From Candidatus Eiseniibacteriota bacterium (GTDB taxonomy: Bacteria > Eisenbacteria > RBG-16-71-46), in the NCBI GenBank assembly GCA_963744995.1, contig CAVUWA010000010.1:160001-224000 (forward strand): DNA of 64,000 bases, written 5' to 3'. This document shows, piece after piece, positions 1-8,983 of the stretch. The number at the start of each line of letters is the position of its first letter. The first letter of the stretch is position 1. The notes below the pieces were generated by a model that had not been told where the DNA came from, made no database searches, and was given only the letters and a program-made list of their open reading frames with translations. The position numbers and the translations under genes were made by a program.

Positions 1-99
1 GACGAGTCCGAGATTGGCACCGAGGCTCCAGTTCATCGCATGGGCCGGCGCCGCAATGGTGAGCAGGGCGAGGCAGATCAGAATCGCACGGGACTTCAT
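1..99 (-). CDS. Secreted/outer-membrane protein, N-terminal part only (runs off window)
   Basis: ATG at 99 with GGAGG upstream; MKSRAILICLALLTIAAPAHA-MNWSLGANLGLV = signal peptide (AHA) followed by a beta-strand-like segment. Confidence 0.7.
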   Translation of the reverse strand, partial: MKSRAILICLALLTIAAPAHAMNWSLGANLGLV

Positions 100-318
100 G
101 GCAACCTCCATGGATCGGACGTGGGAAGCGACCTGCGCGACGATAGGGTTCCGTGCGGAAAATGCAATGGTCCCTGGGATCCAGCCGGCGGCGGCGATGC
201 GCTGGCCCGGGGAGGCGAAAACGGCGGGGCGGAGCGTTTCGCCGCTCCGTCCCCGCCGCGTTCCCGGCGCGTCGTGCCGCACTCCCGGCCCGGCGCTCGA
301 CGCCGGCCGGCTCCTGCG

Positions 319-888
319 TCAGGCCTTGCGCACGGTCTCGAGGTCGATCGTGAGGCGCACGTCGTCGCCGAGGATCACGCCGCCGTTGTCCAGCGCGGCG
401 TTCCAGACCATGCCGAACTCCTTGCGATTCAGGACGACCTGAGTGGAGAAGCCGGCGCGCTCGTTGCCCCAGGGATCCTTGCCGACCCCCAGGTAGGCGA
501 CGTCGAGCGTGATCGGCTTCATGATGCCGCGCAGCTCGAGCACGCCCTCGACGCTGTAGTGCTCGTCGTCCACCCTGGAGATTGCACGGCTGGTGAAGCG
601 GACGACCGGGTAGCGCTCGACGTCGAAGAAGTCGGCGCTGCGCAGGTGGGCGTCGCGGTCGGCCTGGCGCGTGTCGATGCTGGCCGGGTCGACTTCCAGC
701 GTCACGCTCGAGCGTTCCGGCTGCTCGCGGTCGAGCTGGATCTCGCCCGAGAAACGGGCGAAGCGGCCGCGCGCGCGGCTCATCAGGTGGCGGACCTGGA
801 AGCCCACCTCCGAGTGGTCGGCGTCGATGACGAACGTCTCGGTGACAGGTGCGGCGGCTCTGACGGCGCTGCTCGAAGGGGTGCTCAT
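319..888 (-). CDS. YceI family (polyisoprenoid-binding) protein
   Basis: IDADHSEVGFQVRHL, RDAHLRSADFFDVERYP, GKDPWGNERAGF; AGGAG RBS before ATG 888. Confidence 0.93.
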   Translation of the reverse strand: MSTPSSSAVRAAAPVTETFVIDADHSEVGFQVRHLMSRARGRFARFSGEIQLDREQPERSSVTLEVDPASIDTRQADRDAHLRSADFFDVERYPVVRFTSRAISRVDDEHYSVEGVLELRGIMKPITLDVAYLGVGKDPWGNERAGFSTQVVLNRKEFGMVWNAALDNGGVILGDDVRLTIDLETVRKA

Positions 889-931
889 GGGATTTCTCCT
901 CTGGCGTTGCGGGCCGACGGTGCGACCCATT

Positions 932-961
932 GATAAACATGACAGTTAATGACTAGTCAAC
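932..961 (-). promoter_or_regulatory. Promoter with TGACTAGTCA palindrome (putative MarR operator) upstream of yceI-like gene
   Basis: AT-rich patch; palindrome at 950-959 overlaps a minus-strand TTGACT; same motif at 1496-1505. Confidence 0.65.
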
Positions 962-989
962 TATTTGCCCCGGCATCGCCTGCCGGGGT

Positions 990-1475
990 TCACGTCGCTT
1001 CCTCCCGCAGGCGGTCCAGCAGGTCGACCAGCGCAGCGAGGTCGGTCTTCGAGAGCCGTCCGGTGCGCCTCCGCTCGGTCGCCAGCACCGGCGCGTCCGT
1101 CCTGGCGAGCGTCGCCAGGCCCTTCTCGGTGATGCGGCACAGCACGCGGCGCCGGTCCTCGCGACAGCGCTCGCGATGCACGTGCCCGGCCGCTTCCAGC
1201 CGGTCGAGCAACCGCGTGATGCCCGGTGTGCGCTCGATCATGCGTCCGGCGATCTCGAGTGTCGCCATCCGCTCCGGGTGCGCGCCGCGCAGGATGCGCA
1301 GCACGTTGTACTGCTGCACGGTCACCCCGCTGTCGGCGAGCGTGCGCTCGAGGTCCGCGCGGATGACGTCCGCGGTCCGCAGCAGGGCCACCGTGGCCTC
1401 CGAGGCCCGATCGGGGAACCCCTTGTTCTGCTTGATCTCGCGCCGGATGGCGCTGTCCCTGGCTGGCATGGTCAT
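990..1475 (-). CDS. MarR family transcriptional regulator
   Basis: GVTVQQYNVLRILRGA, ITRLLDRLEAAGHV, DRRRV..ITEKG; start 1475 or 1469. Confidence 0.93.
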   Translation of the reverse strand: MTMPARDSAIRREIKQNKGFPDRASEATVALLRTADVIRADLERTLADSGVTVQQYNVLRILRGAHPERMATLEIAGRMIERTPGITRLLDRLEAAGHVHRERCREDRRRVLCRITEKGLATLARTDAPVLATERRRTGRLSKTDLAALVDLLDRLREEAT

Positions 1476-1476
1476 C

Positions 1477-1506
1477 AACATAACAGGTAATTAGATGACT
1501 AGTCAA
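1477..1506 (-). promoter_or_regulatory. Promoter with TGACTAGTCA palindrome upstream of marR (autoregulatory site)
   Basis: Minus strand TTGACT-18 nt-TATGTT with TGn extension; palindrome 1496-1505. Confidence 0.65.
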
Positions 1507-1648
1507 GCAAATCGGTTCAGGCCCATTCGGGCCGTAGACGCCGGCGCGCTGCGCGGCGCCGCGCCGGCGCCCCTATCCGGGCGCCATGCACCAGCGCCCA
1601 TCCGGCCGGCGCCTTTCCGCCGGGCCCCGGTCCTGCCGGACGCGGCGG

Positions 1649-2509
1649 CTATCCCAGCTCGAACGTCGTGATCCCGAAGATCTCGCGATCGGGCAGCGCG
1701 GGCGGCGCGCCGACGTACATCTTCGCGCAGCCGAAAACCTCATTCATGCCGTGCCGTGCGGCCAGCTCGAGCGCATCCGGGTTGTTCTCCGGCGCGTCCA
1801 GGAAGATCGGCGCCCCCGGCGTCCGCGAAGACAGTCCCGCGAAGAGGCGCTCGGCGACGTTCGCGTCCGCAGCGAACAGCGGGCCGATCTTGAAGCCCGT
1901 GCGGCACGGCCGCATGACCCCGTAGCCGCGGATCTCGCCATCCTCGACCGCGGCCAGCGCATGGCCGCCCGGGCGGTCGATCCAGCCGCGCAGGAAGCGG
2001 CTGCGCGGCGCCGGAAAGTGGCGCCGGTCGTACGCGTCGAGCCGCTCGAACGGCAGGCGGCGCGCGTCGAGGAGCCCGTCGGTGCGGCCCTCCTCCCGCC
2101 CGGTGCCCGCGAAGCGCAGGTCGCGGCAGATGAACCGGAACCCGCCGCGCGCATACCAGGCCTGCATGTCGAACACGCCGTCCATGCCGATCGGCGCGCC
2201 CTCGTCCAGGCGTGCCTGCAGGCGGCTCTTGCGCTCGTGCCAGAGGCGCGTGCCGAGCCCTTGCCCGCGCAGGTCGGCGCGCACGATGAAGAAGCCCATG
2301 AAGCCGTAGCGCCCTTCGTAGCTCACGATCGAGCCGCCGCCGATCAGCTCGCCCTCCCGTTCGGCGGCGATGAACCCGTCGGGATCCGTGTTCCAGAACA
2401 CCTCGGCGTCATCGAGCCCCGGGTTCCAGCCTTCGAGAGCCGCCCACTCGACCAGCGTGTCCAGCTCCCCGCGGGTCATCCGGCGGATGGTCATGGCGGC
2501 GGGATTCAC
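1649..2509 (-). CDS. GNAT family N-acetyltransferase (two-domain, YitH-like)
   Basis: WAALEGWNPG, FMGFFIVRADLRGQGLG, KIGPLFAAD; GTG start overlaps the upstream stop (GTGA). Confidence 0.88.
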   Translation of the reverse strand: MNPAAMTIRRMTRGELDTLVEWAALEGWNPGLDDAEVFWNTDPDGFIAAEREGELIGGGSIVSYEGRYGFMGFFIVRADLRGQGLGTRLWHERKSRLQARLDEGAPIGMDGVFDMQAWYARGGFRFICRDLRFAGTGREEGRTDGLLDARRLPFERLDAYDRRHFPAPRSRFLRGWIDRPGGHALAAVEDGEIRGYGVMRPCRTGFKIGPLFAADANVAERLFAGLSSRTPGAPIFLDAPENNPDALELAARHGMNEVFGCAKMYVGAPPALPDREIFGITTFELG

Positions 2510-3399
2510 GCCGGCGCCCTGCGCCACTCGACGAGCGGTGCGGCCACCCAGGTCGGGGGCGACGACGCATACAGCCCGGTCGCGTCGGTGTAAGTCATGT
2601 CGACGATCCGTCCGCTCATCGCGCCGCGCAGGAAGCGGAACACCGGCCCGGCGTCGCGTGCGTCGCTCTTCGCCTCGACGCAGTGCCGCTCGTAACCCGG
2701 ATAATCGCCGCGTTCGAGGAGCGCGATGCCCGCCTCGATCACCTTGCGGGCGCGCGCGAGTCCGACCGCGTCGGGCTCGAACGCCTCTGCGGGCGGCGTG
2801 CCGTAGCCCAGGCCGTGATGGAACGGATCGGCGGTCGAGACGACCGCCGCGTTGCGGGCGAGCTTCGCCAGCTCGTCGATTCCCGGCAGCGCGCCGGGCT
2901 TCCCGCCCGCGAGCCACGGGTAGCGCTCGAACACTTCGGGGGTACGCGAGGCGGGCAGCCCGCGGCGTGCCACCTCGGCGCACCAGAAATGACGCCAGCT
3001 CATCAGCGCGTGGTCGCGCCGCCACTCCTCGCGCCCCTCGATGCCGCTGCCCTGGATGCCGTGAAAGGCCTCGGCACCTGGATCGCCGCCGGCCGCCACC
3101 CGGCGCCGCGCCATCTCCATCTCGTGCGTGAACGCGTGCAGCACGCTGATCACCACGACACGATCGGCGCCGCTGTCGAGGCACGCGCGCACCGCGGCGG
3201 CGACCTGGTACCCGCAGTCCAGGACGCTCACGTGCGGGAACACCAGCACGCCGCCCGCCGCCAGCGTCGGCGCGAAGTCCCACGCTTCCGCCCGCTCCAG
3301 GTGCGCGAGCGTGCCCGCCTCGCCGAGCGCCGCGTGCTCGCGCTCGTACAGGGCGTGAATGTCCCGCTGCAGTCGATCGCGATCGAGGTCGTCCTGCAT
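2506..3399 (-). CDS. Divergent Memo/AmmeMemoRadiSam-B-like (LigB-fold) protein
   Basis: VLVFPH...RVVVISVLH...DHAL...STADPFHHG resembles the Memo pattern PH/xH/EH/SSDxxHY. Confidence 0.5.
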   Translation of the reverse strand: MQDDLDRDRLQRDIHALYEREHAALGEAGTLAHLERAEAWDFAPTLAAGGVLVFPHVSVLDCGYQVAAAVRACLDSGADRVVVISVLHAFTHEMEMARRRVAAGGDPGAEAFHGIQGSGIEGREEWRRDHALMSWRHFWCAEVARRGLPASRTPEVFERYPWLAGGKPGALPGIDELAKLARNAAVVSTADPFHHGLGYGTPPAEAFEPDAVGLARARKVIEAGIALLERGDYPGYERHCVEAKSDARDAGPVFRFLRGAMSGRIVDMTYTDATGLYASSPPTWVAAPLVEWRRAPA

Positions 3400-3406
3400 G
3401 GCCCGG

Positions 3407-4604
3407 CTAGTACGCCAGATGCAGCTGCAGATACCCCTGGTTCTCCTCGTACGCGTCGAGCCCCGGGCCGGCGTCCTTCTGCTGAATGCGCCTGAGCGTG
3501 GCGCGGAACTCGGCGAACGGCACCGGCGTCCATTCGCCTTCCAGCGCGTAGCGATCGTAGGTGTTCCGGTCGCGCACGACCTGATCGCTGCTGCGGTCGA
3601 ACTCGTCGTGGTCGTAGCGGAAGCGGAAGTTGGTCGCCTTCCAGGGCGACACGTCGACCTCGGCGAAGTACGCGAGCAGGTTCACCTTCCTGCCGTCCTG
3701 GCGCGTGTCGGTACCGGCGCCGATCTCGCCGAGCAGCTCGAACGGGCCGTAGTGCGTCATGCCGTAGTACCCCCAGCGGGCGCGGCGCCCGTAGGTGTTG
3801 TCATCGGTGAGGTCTTCGTACACGCTGACTGGCGCCCTGGTAGGACGGGTTGTTGTAGCCGATCTTGAGCGCCTTGGCCTCGGCGTAGTCGCCGGTGAAC
3901 ACCGGGTCCTTGCCCACGCCGTTGGTGAACGCGGCGCGTCCGAACCAGGTGCCGTTCGAAGCCCCGATCTCGAAACCGGTGTCGGACTGGCGCGGGTCGT
4001 AGGGCAGGAAGCGCGGGCCGCCGATGAAGTCCAGGTACGCGTTGCGCGTCCCCACGGTGTGGTCGGCCATCCGCAACCCGTACGGATTGCGCAGGCGCCC
4101 GATCTTCAGATAGCTGCCGTAGGGCAGCCCGCGGATCATGCCGAACGCCTCCTTGGTCTGTGCGACCTGCGTGAAACCGCCGTCCATCGTGTAGACCATC
4201 ACCAGCATGTCGTGCGGCTGGATCGTCAGGTGCAGTGCGTTCTCCATGTTGAAGAACCCGAAGCGGTCGACGACGTCGGAAGGCGTGGTGCTGTTCGCCA
4301 GCATCATCAGCCGCTGGTTCACGCCGAAGTAGACCGGCACGTTGTCGGCGACGCGGTTGGAGAGGTTGAGCTCCCCCCACGGCGCATCGGCGTCGTCGGG
4401 CGCGAGCGAGTGGCGGTTCTTCTCGTAAGCGAAGCCGAACTCGTTGCGCGGGCCGCCGCCGTTGGGGTCGAAGTGACACGTGCCGCACATCAGTCCCTGG
4501 CGCGCCGCATAGAGCGGCAGCGTCTCGCCCCTGCGCGCGGCGAACAGGGAAGCGAGCGAACAGGCGAGCAGCAGGACGGGGATCGACGGCAGCAGCCGGC
4601 GCAT
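3407..4604 (-). CDS. Cyc2-like monoheme cytochrome c-porin fusion, frameshifted as sequenced (extra base ~3830)
   Basis: Signal peptide, LPLYAARQGLMCGTCH..GGG, amphipathic beta strands, C-terminal YLQLHLAY; removing one base joins ORFs 3801-4604 and 3407-3823 into 398 aa. Confidence 0.7.
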
Positions 4605-4902
4605 GACGCCTCCATGGGTGAAGCGGGACGAAGCGACATCGCTGCGGGCGGCCGCCGCGTGCGGCGCGCGGCGGGGTGGAGCGACGGCGTCTGTTTCAGT
4701 CGCCGTTCACCGGACCCAAACCACCGCCGCCCGGACCGGCCACGGTTAGCACCGCATGCATGTGCGGGTCAACGGAGAACTTGGTTCGTCATTCTGACGA
4801 GTTCAGCCGGGCTTAACAGAACCGGCGCCGGGGTCAGTGCAAATTCCGGGACGCCGGCGGAGCCGGCCAGGCCGCACCCGCCCCGGGGCGGGCAGGAACC
4901 TC

Positions 4903-7221
4903 TTACTCGGGGAAATTCATCTTCTCGAGGAACGCCTGCCAGCGCGGATCGTCGTGGAGCGGCTCCAGCAGATCGATGGACTTCATGTACGCGAGCCCCG
5001 AGTCCCGCTTTTCGTAGGCGTGCTCCAGCCACTGGAACGCCTCGTCCGGCTCGCCGCGCATGGCGCAGGCGATCGCGATCTGTACCGCGGCGGTGTCGGC
5101 GCCGGTCTCGACCAGCCGTTCCTTCGCTTTTCGCGACGCCTCCGGATTCCCGAGGGCATGCTGGATGATCGCCTCCGTGTAGAGACGGGCCCATTCGGCC
5201 GGCTCCTTCCGGACCTCGGCGAGCGCTTCGTCGAGCTTCCCGCGCTTGAAGTACGTGATCGAGATGAGGCTGTGCATGGACGTCGCGTTCGGCGAGATCT
5301 CCAGCGCCCTGCGAAACGCGTCTTCCGCCTCGGGCCACCGTTTCATCGCGAGGTAGATGCGTCCGATGGCGCCGTAGCCGCCGGCGCTCAGGGGGTCCTT
5401 TTCGATACCTTCGCGGCATCTGGCCAGGCCTTCTTCGTAGCGGCCCCGGAGGGTCAGGATCATCCCGTACGATCGCAGGAAATCGGGATGACCCGGGCTC
5501 GCCTCGAGTGCCTGGCGAAAGGACGCTTCCGCGCCTTTCCAGTCGAAGTCGTAGTAGAGCTGGACCCAGGCCAGCGAGTGCAGGGCCTCGGGCAGATCGG
5601 GACGCAGCGCCAGCGACCGGGACGCGGCCTCGCGGGCGCGCGCGATGGCCGCTTCCAGCGGCCAGCCGCCGGAGATCCCCATGAACGTCTCCGCCCACGA
5701 CAGGTTCGCCCAGGCCAGCGCGTGGCCCGGCTCGATGGCCAGCGCCTGGTGCAGCAGCTCGATCCCGCGAGCCACATCCTGCGCACCGAACCGGTTCACG
5801 AAATAGCGTCCCTGCAGAAACAGCCGGTGCGCCTCGGCATTGGTGCCGCGGCCCTCCGCGGCGGCGGCGACCTCGGCCTTCACCTCGCCGCTCGCCTTCG
5901 AATCGGCCGTCTCACCCATCAGCGTCGTGCGCAGCTCCTTCACCACCGACTGCGCGATGTCGTCCTGCACCGCGAAGATGTCGTCCAGCGTGCGGTCGAA
6001 CGTCTCGGACCACAGCTGGTAGCCGTCCGCCACCTTCACGAGCTGCACCGCGATACGTACGCGGTTGCCGGCCTTGCGCACGCTGCCCTCGAGCAGCGTC
6101 GCCACGTTGAGCTTGCGTCCGATCGTGGCGAGGTCGTCCGCGGTGTCCTTGAACTGCGACGACGAGGTGCGCGCCGCCACGCGCAGCCCGCGGATCTTCG
6201 CCAGCACGTTGAGCAGCTCGTCCGCGAGGCCCTCGGCGAAGTACTCGTCCTCTTCGTCGCGGCTGCGGTTCGCGAACGGCAGCACCGCAATGGACGGAAC
6301 GTCGCGCGCCGTGGGAATCGCGGCCGGAAGCCCGGCCGCCGCCGGGGCCGCGGCCGGCTGCAGCGAACGACGCACCAGGTCGAGCTCGTTGCGCACGTCC
6401 TTCGCGGTCTGGAAGCGTCGCTCGGGATCCTTTTCGAGGCAGCGGCCGATGATCCGTGCCACGTCGCGCGGCAGATCGGTTCGGACCTGTTCGAGCGGCG
6501 CCGGCGGATCACGCAGGATCGCCGAGCTCACCTCCGCGCTGGTCGCACCGCCGAACGGCCGGCGTCCGCTGACCAGCTCGAAGAGCATCACGCCGAACGA
6601 GAACAGGTCCGTACGTGCATCGACGGCTTCGCCGCGCAGTTGTTCCGGCGCCATGTACGGCACGGTGCCCACGGCCTGACCCACGGTCGAGATCGGCGCC
6701 GCCACCGTTTCCGCCTGCGTCGCCTCGAGACCGGAATCCTGGCTCGCAAGTTTCGCTAGGCCGAAATCCAGCACTTTGACCCGCCCCTGGCGCGTCACCA
6801 TGACGTTGCCCGGCTTGAGATCGCGGTGCACGACACCCTTCTCGTGCGCCGCGACCAGCGCGTCGGCCAGCGGCGTCGCCAGGTCGAGGACCCGTGGAAC
6901 CGGCAGGCCGCCGGGCGTCACCAGACGATCGAGCGTCTGTCCTTCCACCAGCTCCATGGAGAGGAAGCGGACGCCGGACGCCTCCTCGATCGCATAGAGC
7001 GTCACCACGTTGGGGTGATTGAGGGCTGCGATCGAGCGCGCCTCGCGCTCGAAACGCGCCAGCCGGTCGGCATGCGACGCCACGGAGTCGGGCAGCACCT
7101 TGATCGCGACATCACGCCCGAGCCGCGTGTCCCGCGCGCGGTAGACCTCGCCCATGCCGCCCGCGCCGAGCAGCGCGGTGATGTCGTAGGTGCCAAGGCG
7201 GGTGCCGGGGGTCAGAGGCAT
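4903..7221 (-). CDS. Hanks-type Ser/Thr kinase with TolB-like and TPR domains
   Basis: LGAGGMGEVY, VAIK, HRDLKPGN, DFGLAK, YMAPE; SIAVLPFANRS..EYFAEGL; C-terminal TPRs. Confidence 0.95.
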   Translation of the reverse strand: MPLTPGTRLGTYDITALLGAGGMGEVYRARDTRLGRDVAIKVLPDSVASHADRLARFEREARSIAALNHPNVVTLYAIEEASGVRFLSMELVEGQTLDRLVTPGGLPVPRVLDLATPLADALVAAHEKGVVHRDLKPGNVMVTRQGRVKVLDFGLAKLASQDSGLEATQAETVAAPISTVGQAVGTVPYMAPEQLRGEAVDARTDLFSFGVMLFELVSGRRPFGGATSAEVSSAILRDPPAPLEQVRTDLPRDVARIIGRCLEKDPERRFQTAKDVRNELDLVRRSLQPAAAPAAAGLPAAIPTARDVPSIAVLPFANRSRDEEDEYFAEGLADELLNVLAKIRGLRVAARTSSSQFKDTADDLATIGRKLNVATLLEGSVRKAGNRVRIAVQLVKVADGYQLWSETFDRTLDDIFAVQDDIAQSVVKELRTTLMGETADSKASGEVKAEVAAAAEGRGTNAEAHRLFLQGRYFVNRFGAQDVARGIELLHQALAIEPGHALAWANLSWAETFMGISGGWPLEAAIARAREAASRSLALRPDLPEALHSLAWVQLYYDFDWKGAEASFRQALEASPGHPDFLRSYGMILTLRGRYEEGLARCREGIEKDPLSAGGYGAIGRIYLAMKRWPEAEDAFRRALEISPNATSMHSLISITYFKRGKLDEALAEVRKEPAEWARLYTEAIIQHALGNPEASRKAKERLVETGADTAAVQIAIACAMRGEPDEAFQWLEHAYEKRDSGLAYMKSIDLLEPLHDDPRWQAFLEKMNFPE

Positions 7222-7272
7222 TCGGGGAATCTACATGAGCGGGCGCGGGGTTGCAGAACGAGCCCGCGCAGA

Positions 7273-7292
7273 AATCCGTCCCGGGACGGATT
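7273..7292. repeat. Perfect 20-bp palindrome AATCCGTCCC|GGGACGGATT
   Basis: Read directly; intergenic between hydantoinase B stop and kinase start. Confidence 0.8.
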
Positions 7293-7348
7293 CTCGGAGG
7301 CCTGAGCCGGCGACGCGCACAGGGCACACGCCCCCGGCGCCGGCCCGC

Positions 7349-8983
7349 TCAGCGCCTGCGCTCCTTCCCCGCCTTGCCGAAGCCACCGCCGCCCGGACTC
7401 GCCACCGTCAACACCGCGCCGGCCGGCAGCGCGATGAGCACTTTCGCCGGCAGCAGCTCGGGCGCCCGGCCAGGGCGTTCCACGGCATTGACCCCCGGCG
7501 CGCCGCGCGCGCCGCCCTCCAGCCCGTACGGGCCGCGCGCGCGGCGCTCGGTCATCAGCGTCACGCGCGCCGGCGCGAGCAGCTCGACCGTGCGTTCGAT
7601 ACCGTCGCCGCCCGTGTGCGCACCGGCGCCGCCGCTGCCGCGGCGGATCGCCGTGCGGCGGACCCGCAGCGGATACGCGTGCTCGAGCGCCTCGATTGGC
7701 GTATTGCGGGTGTTGGTCATGTGCGCCTGCAGCGCGTGCTCGCCGTCCCACGCAGGCCCGGCGCCATGGCCGCCGCCGAGCGTCTCGTAGTAGGCGAACG
7801 GCGCGCCGGTGCGTGGATCGCTGCCGCCGATCAGCAGGTTGTTCATGGTGCCGCTGCTCGCCGCGGGCACGCGCTCGGGCGCGGCTCGGTGAAGCGCGCC
7901 CAGCACGGTATCCACGATGCGCTGGCTGCACTCCACGTTGCCCGCCGACACCGCGGCGGGCGGGCGGGCGTTCACGACGCTGCCGAGCGGCGCGCGCACC
8001 TCGATCGGCCGGAACGCCCCGTCGTTCACCGGGAATTCGCCGCCGAGCACGCAGCGCACCGCGTAGTACGAGGCCGCCTTCGCCACCGCCTCCACGGCGT
8101 TCACCGGCCCGGGCACCTGCGGGTCGGTGCCCGCGAAATCCACCACGCAGCGCCTGCCGCCGAGCGTCACGGCGACGCGGATCGCGATGTCGCGCGTGCC
8201 GAGGCCGTCGTCGTCCAACAGGTCCTCGAACCGGTACGTGCCGTGCGGCAGATCTCCGAGGGCCGCGCGCACGCAGCGCTCGGCGTGGTCCATCAGCGCG
8301 TCGGCCGCCGCTTCGAGGGCCGCGGGGCCCAGCCGCCGTGCCAGCGCCCGGAGCCGCGCTGCGCCGGTCTTCTGCGCACCGAGCTGGGCCGCGAGGTCCG
8401 CGCGCCGCTCGGCGGGCGTGCGCACGTTGGCGAGGATCAGGCGGAGCACGTCCTCCTGCATGCGCCCGGCGCGGGCGAGGAACACCGGCGGGATGCGCAG
8501 GCCCTCTTCGTAGATCTCGCGGGCGAGCGGCATCGAGCCGGGCGCCGCGCCGCCGACGTCGGCGTGGTGCGCGCGGCTCGCCACGAAGAACGCGGGCCCC
8601 GCGCCGCGGCCGGTGAACACCGGGCTCACCAGCGTGATGTCGGGCAGGTGGGTGCCGCCCCGGTACGGGTCGTTCAGGATCACCACGTCGCCCGGCGCGA
8701 ACGGGCCGAGCTCGAGCGCCGCCTCGACCGCCCGCGGCATGCTGCCGAGATGCACCGGAATGTGCGCGGCCTGCGCCACCAGCCGGGCGCGCGCGTCGAA
8801 CACCGCGCAGCTGTGGTCGAGCCGCTCCTTGATGTTCGGCGAGTGCGCGGTGCGCATGAGCGTCGCGCCCATGTCCTCGGCGACCGCAGCGAAGAAGCCC
8901 TGGTGGAGCGCGAGCCCGACCGGGTCGTGGGCGACGCCGCGGCGGCGCGGGGTTCCGGGCTTCTGCGTCACGCGTTTCGCCAT
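7349..8983 (-). CDS. hyuB: Hydantoinase B/5-oxoprolinase beta-type subunit
   Basis: SPNIKERLDHSCA, HIPVHLGSM, NDPYRGGTHLPD, HHADVGG, HMTNTRNTPIE. Confidence 0.92.
   Translation of the reverse strand: MAKRVTQKPGTPRRRGVAHDPVGLALHQGFFAAVAEDMGATLMRTAHSPNIKERLDHSCAVFDARARLVAQAAHIPVHLGSMPRAVEAALELGPFAPGDVVILNDPYRGGTHLPDITLVSPVFTGRGAGPAFFVASRAHHADVGGAAPGSMPLAREIYEEGLRIPPVFLARAGRMQEDVLRLILANVRTPAERRADLAAQLGAQKTGAARLRALARRLGPAALEAAADALMDHAERCVRAALGDLPHGTYRFEDLLDDDGLGTRDIAIRVAVTLGGRRCVVDFAGTDPQVPGPVNAVEAVAKAASYYAVRCVLGGEFPVNDGAFRPIEVRAPLGSVVNARPPAAVSAGNVECSQRIVDTVLGALHRAAPERVPAASSGTMNNLLIGGSDPRTGAPFAYYETLGGGHGAGPAWDGEHALQAHMTNTRNTPIEALEHAYPLRVRRTAIRRGSGGAGAHTGGDGIERTVELLAPARVTLMTERRARGPYGLEGGARGAPGVNAVERPGRAPELLPAKVLIALPAGAVLTVASPGGGGFGKAGKERRR

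Noticed and set aside
3820..3840. Programmed ribosomal frameshift or phase variation in the cytochrome-porin
   Set aside because: No slippery heptamer or homopolymer tract at the site
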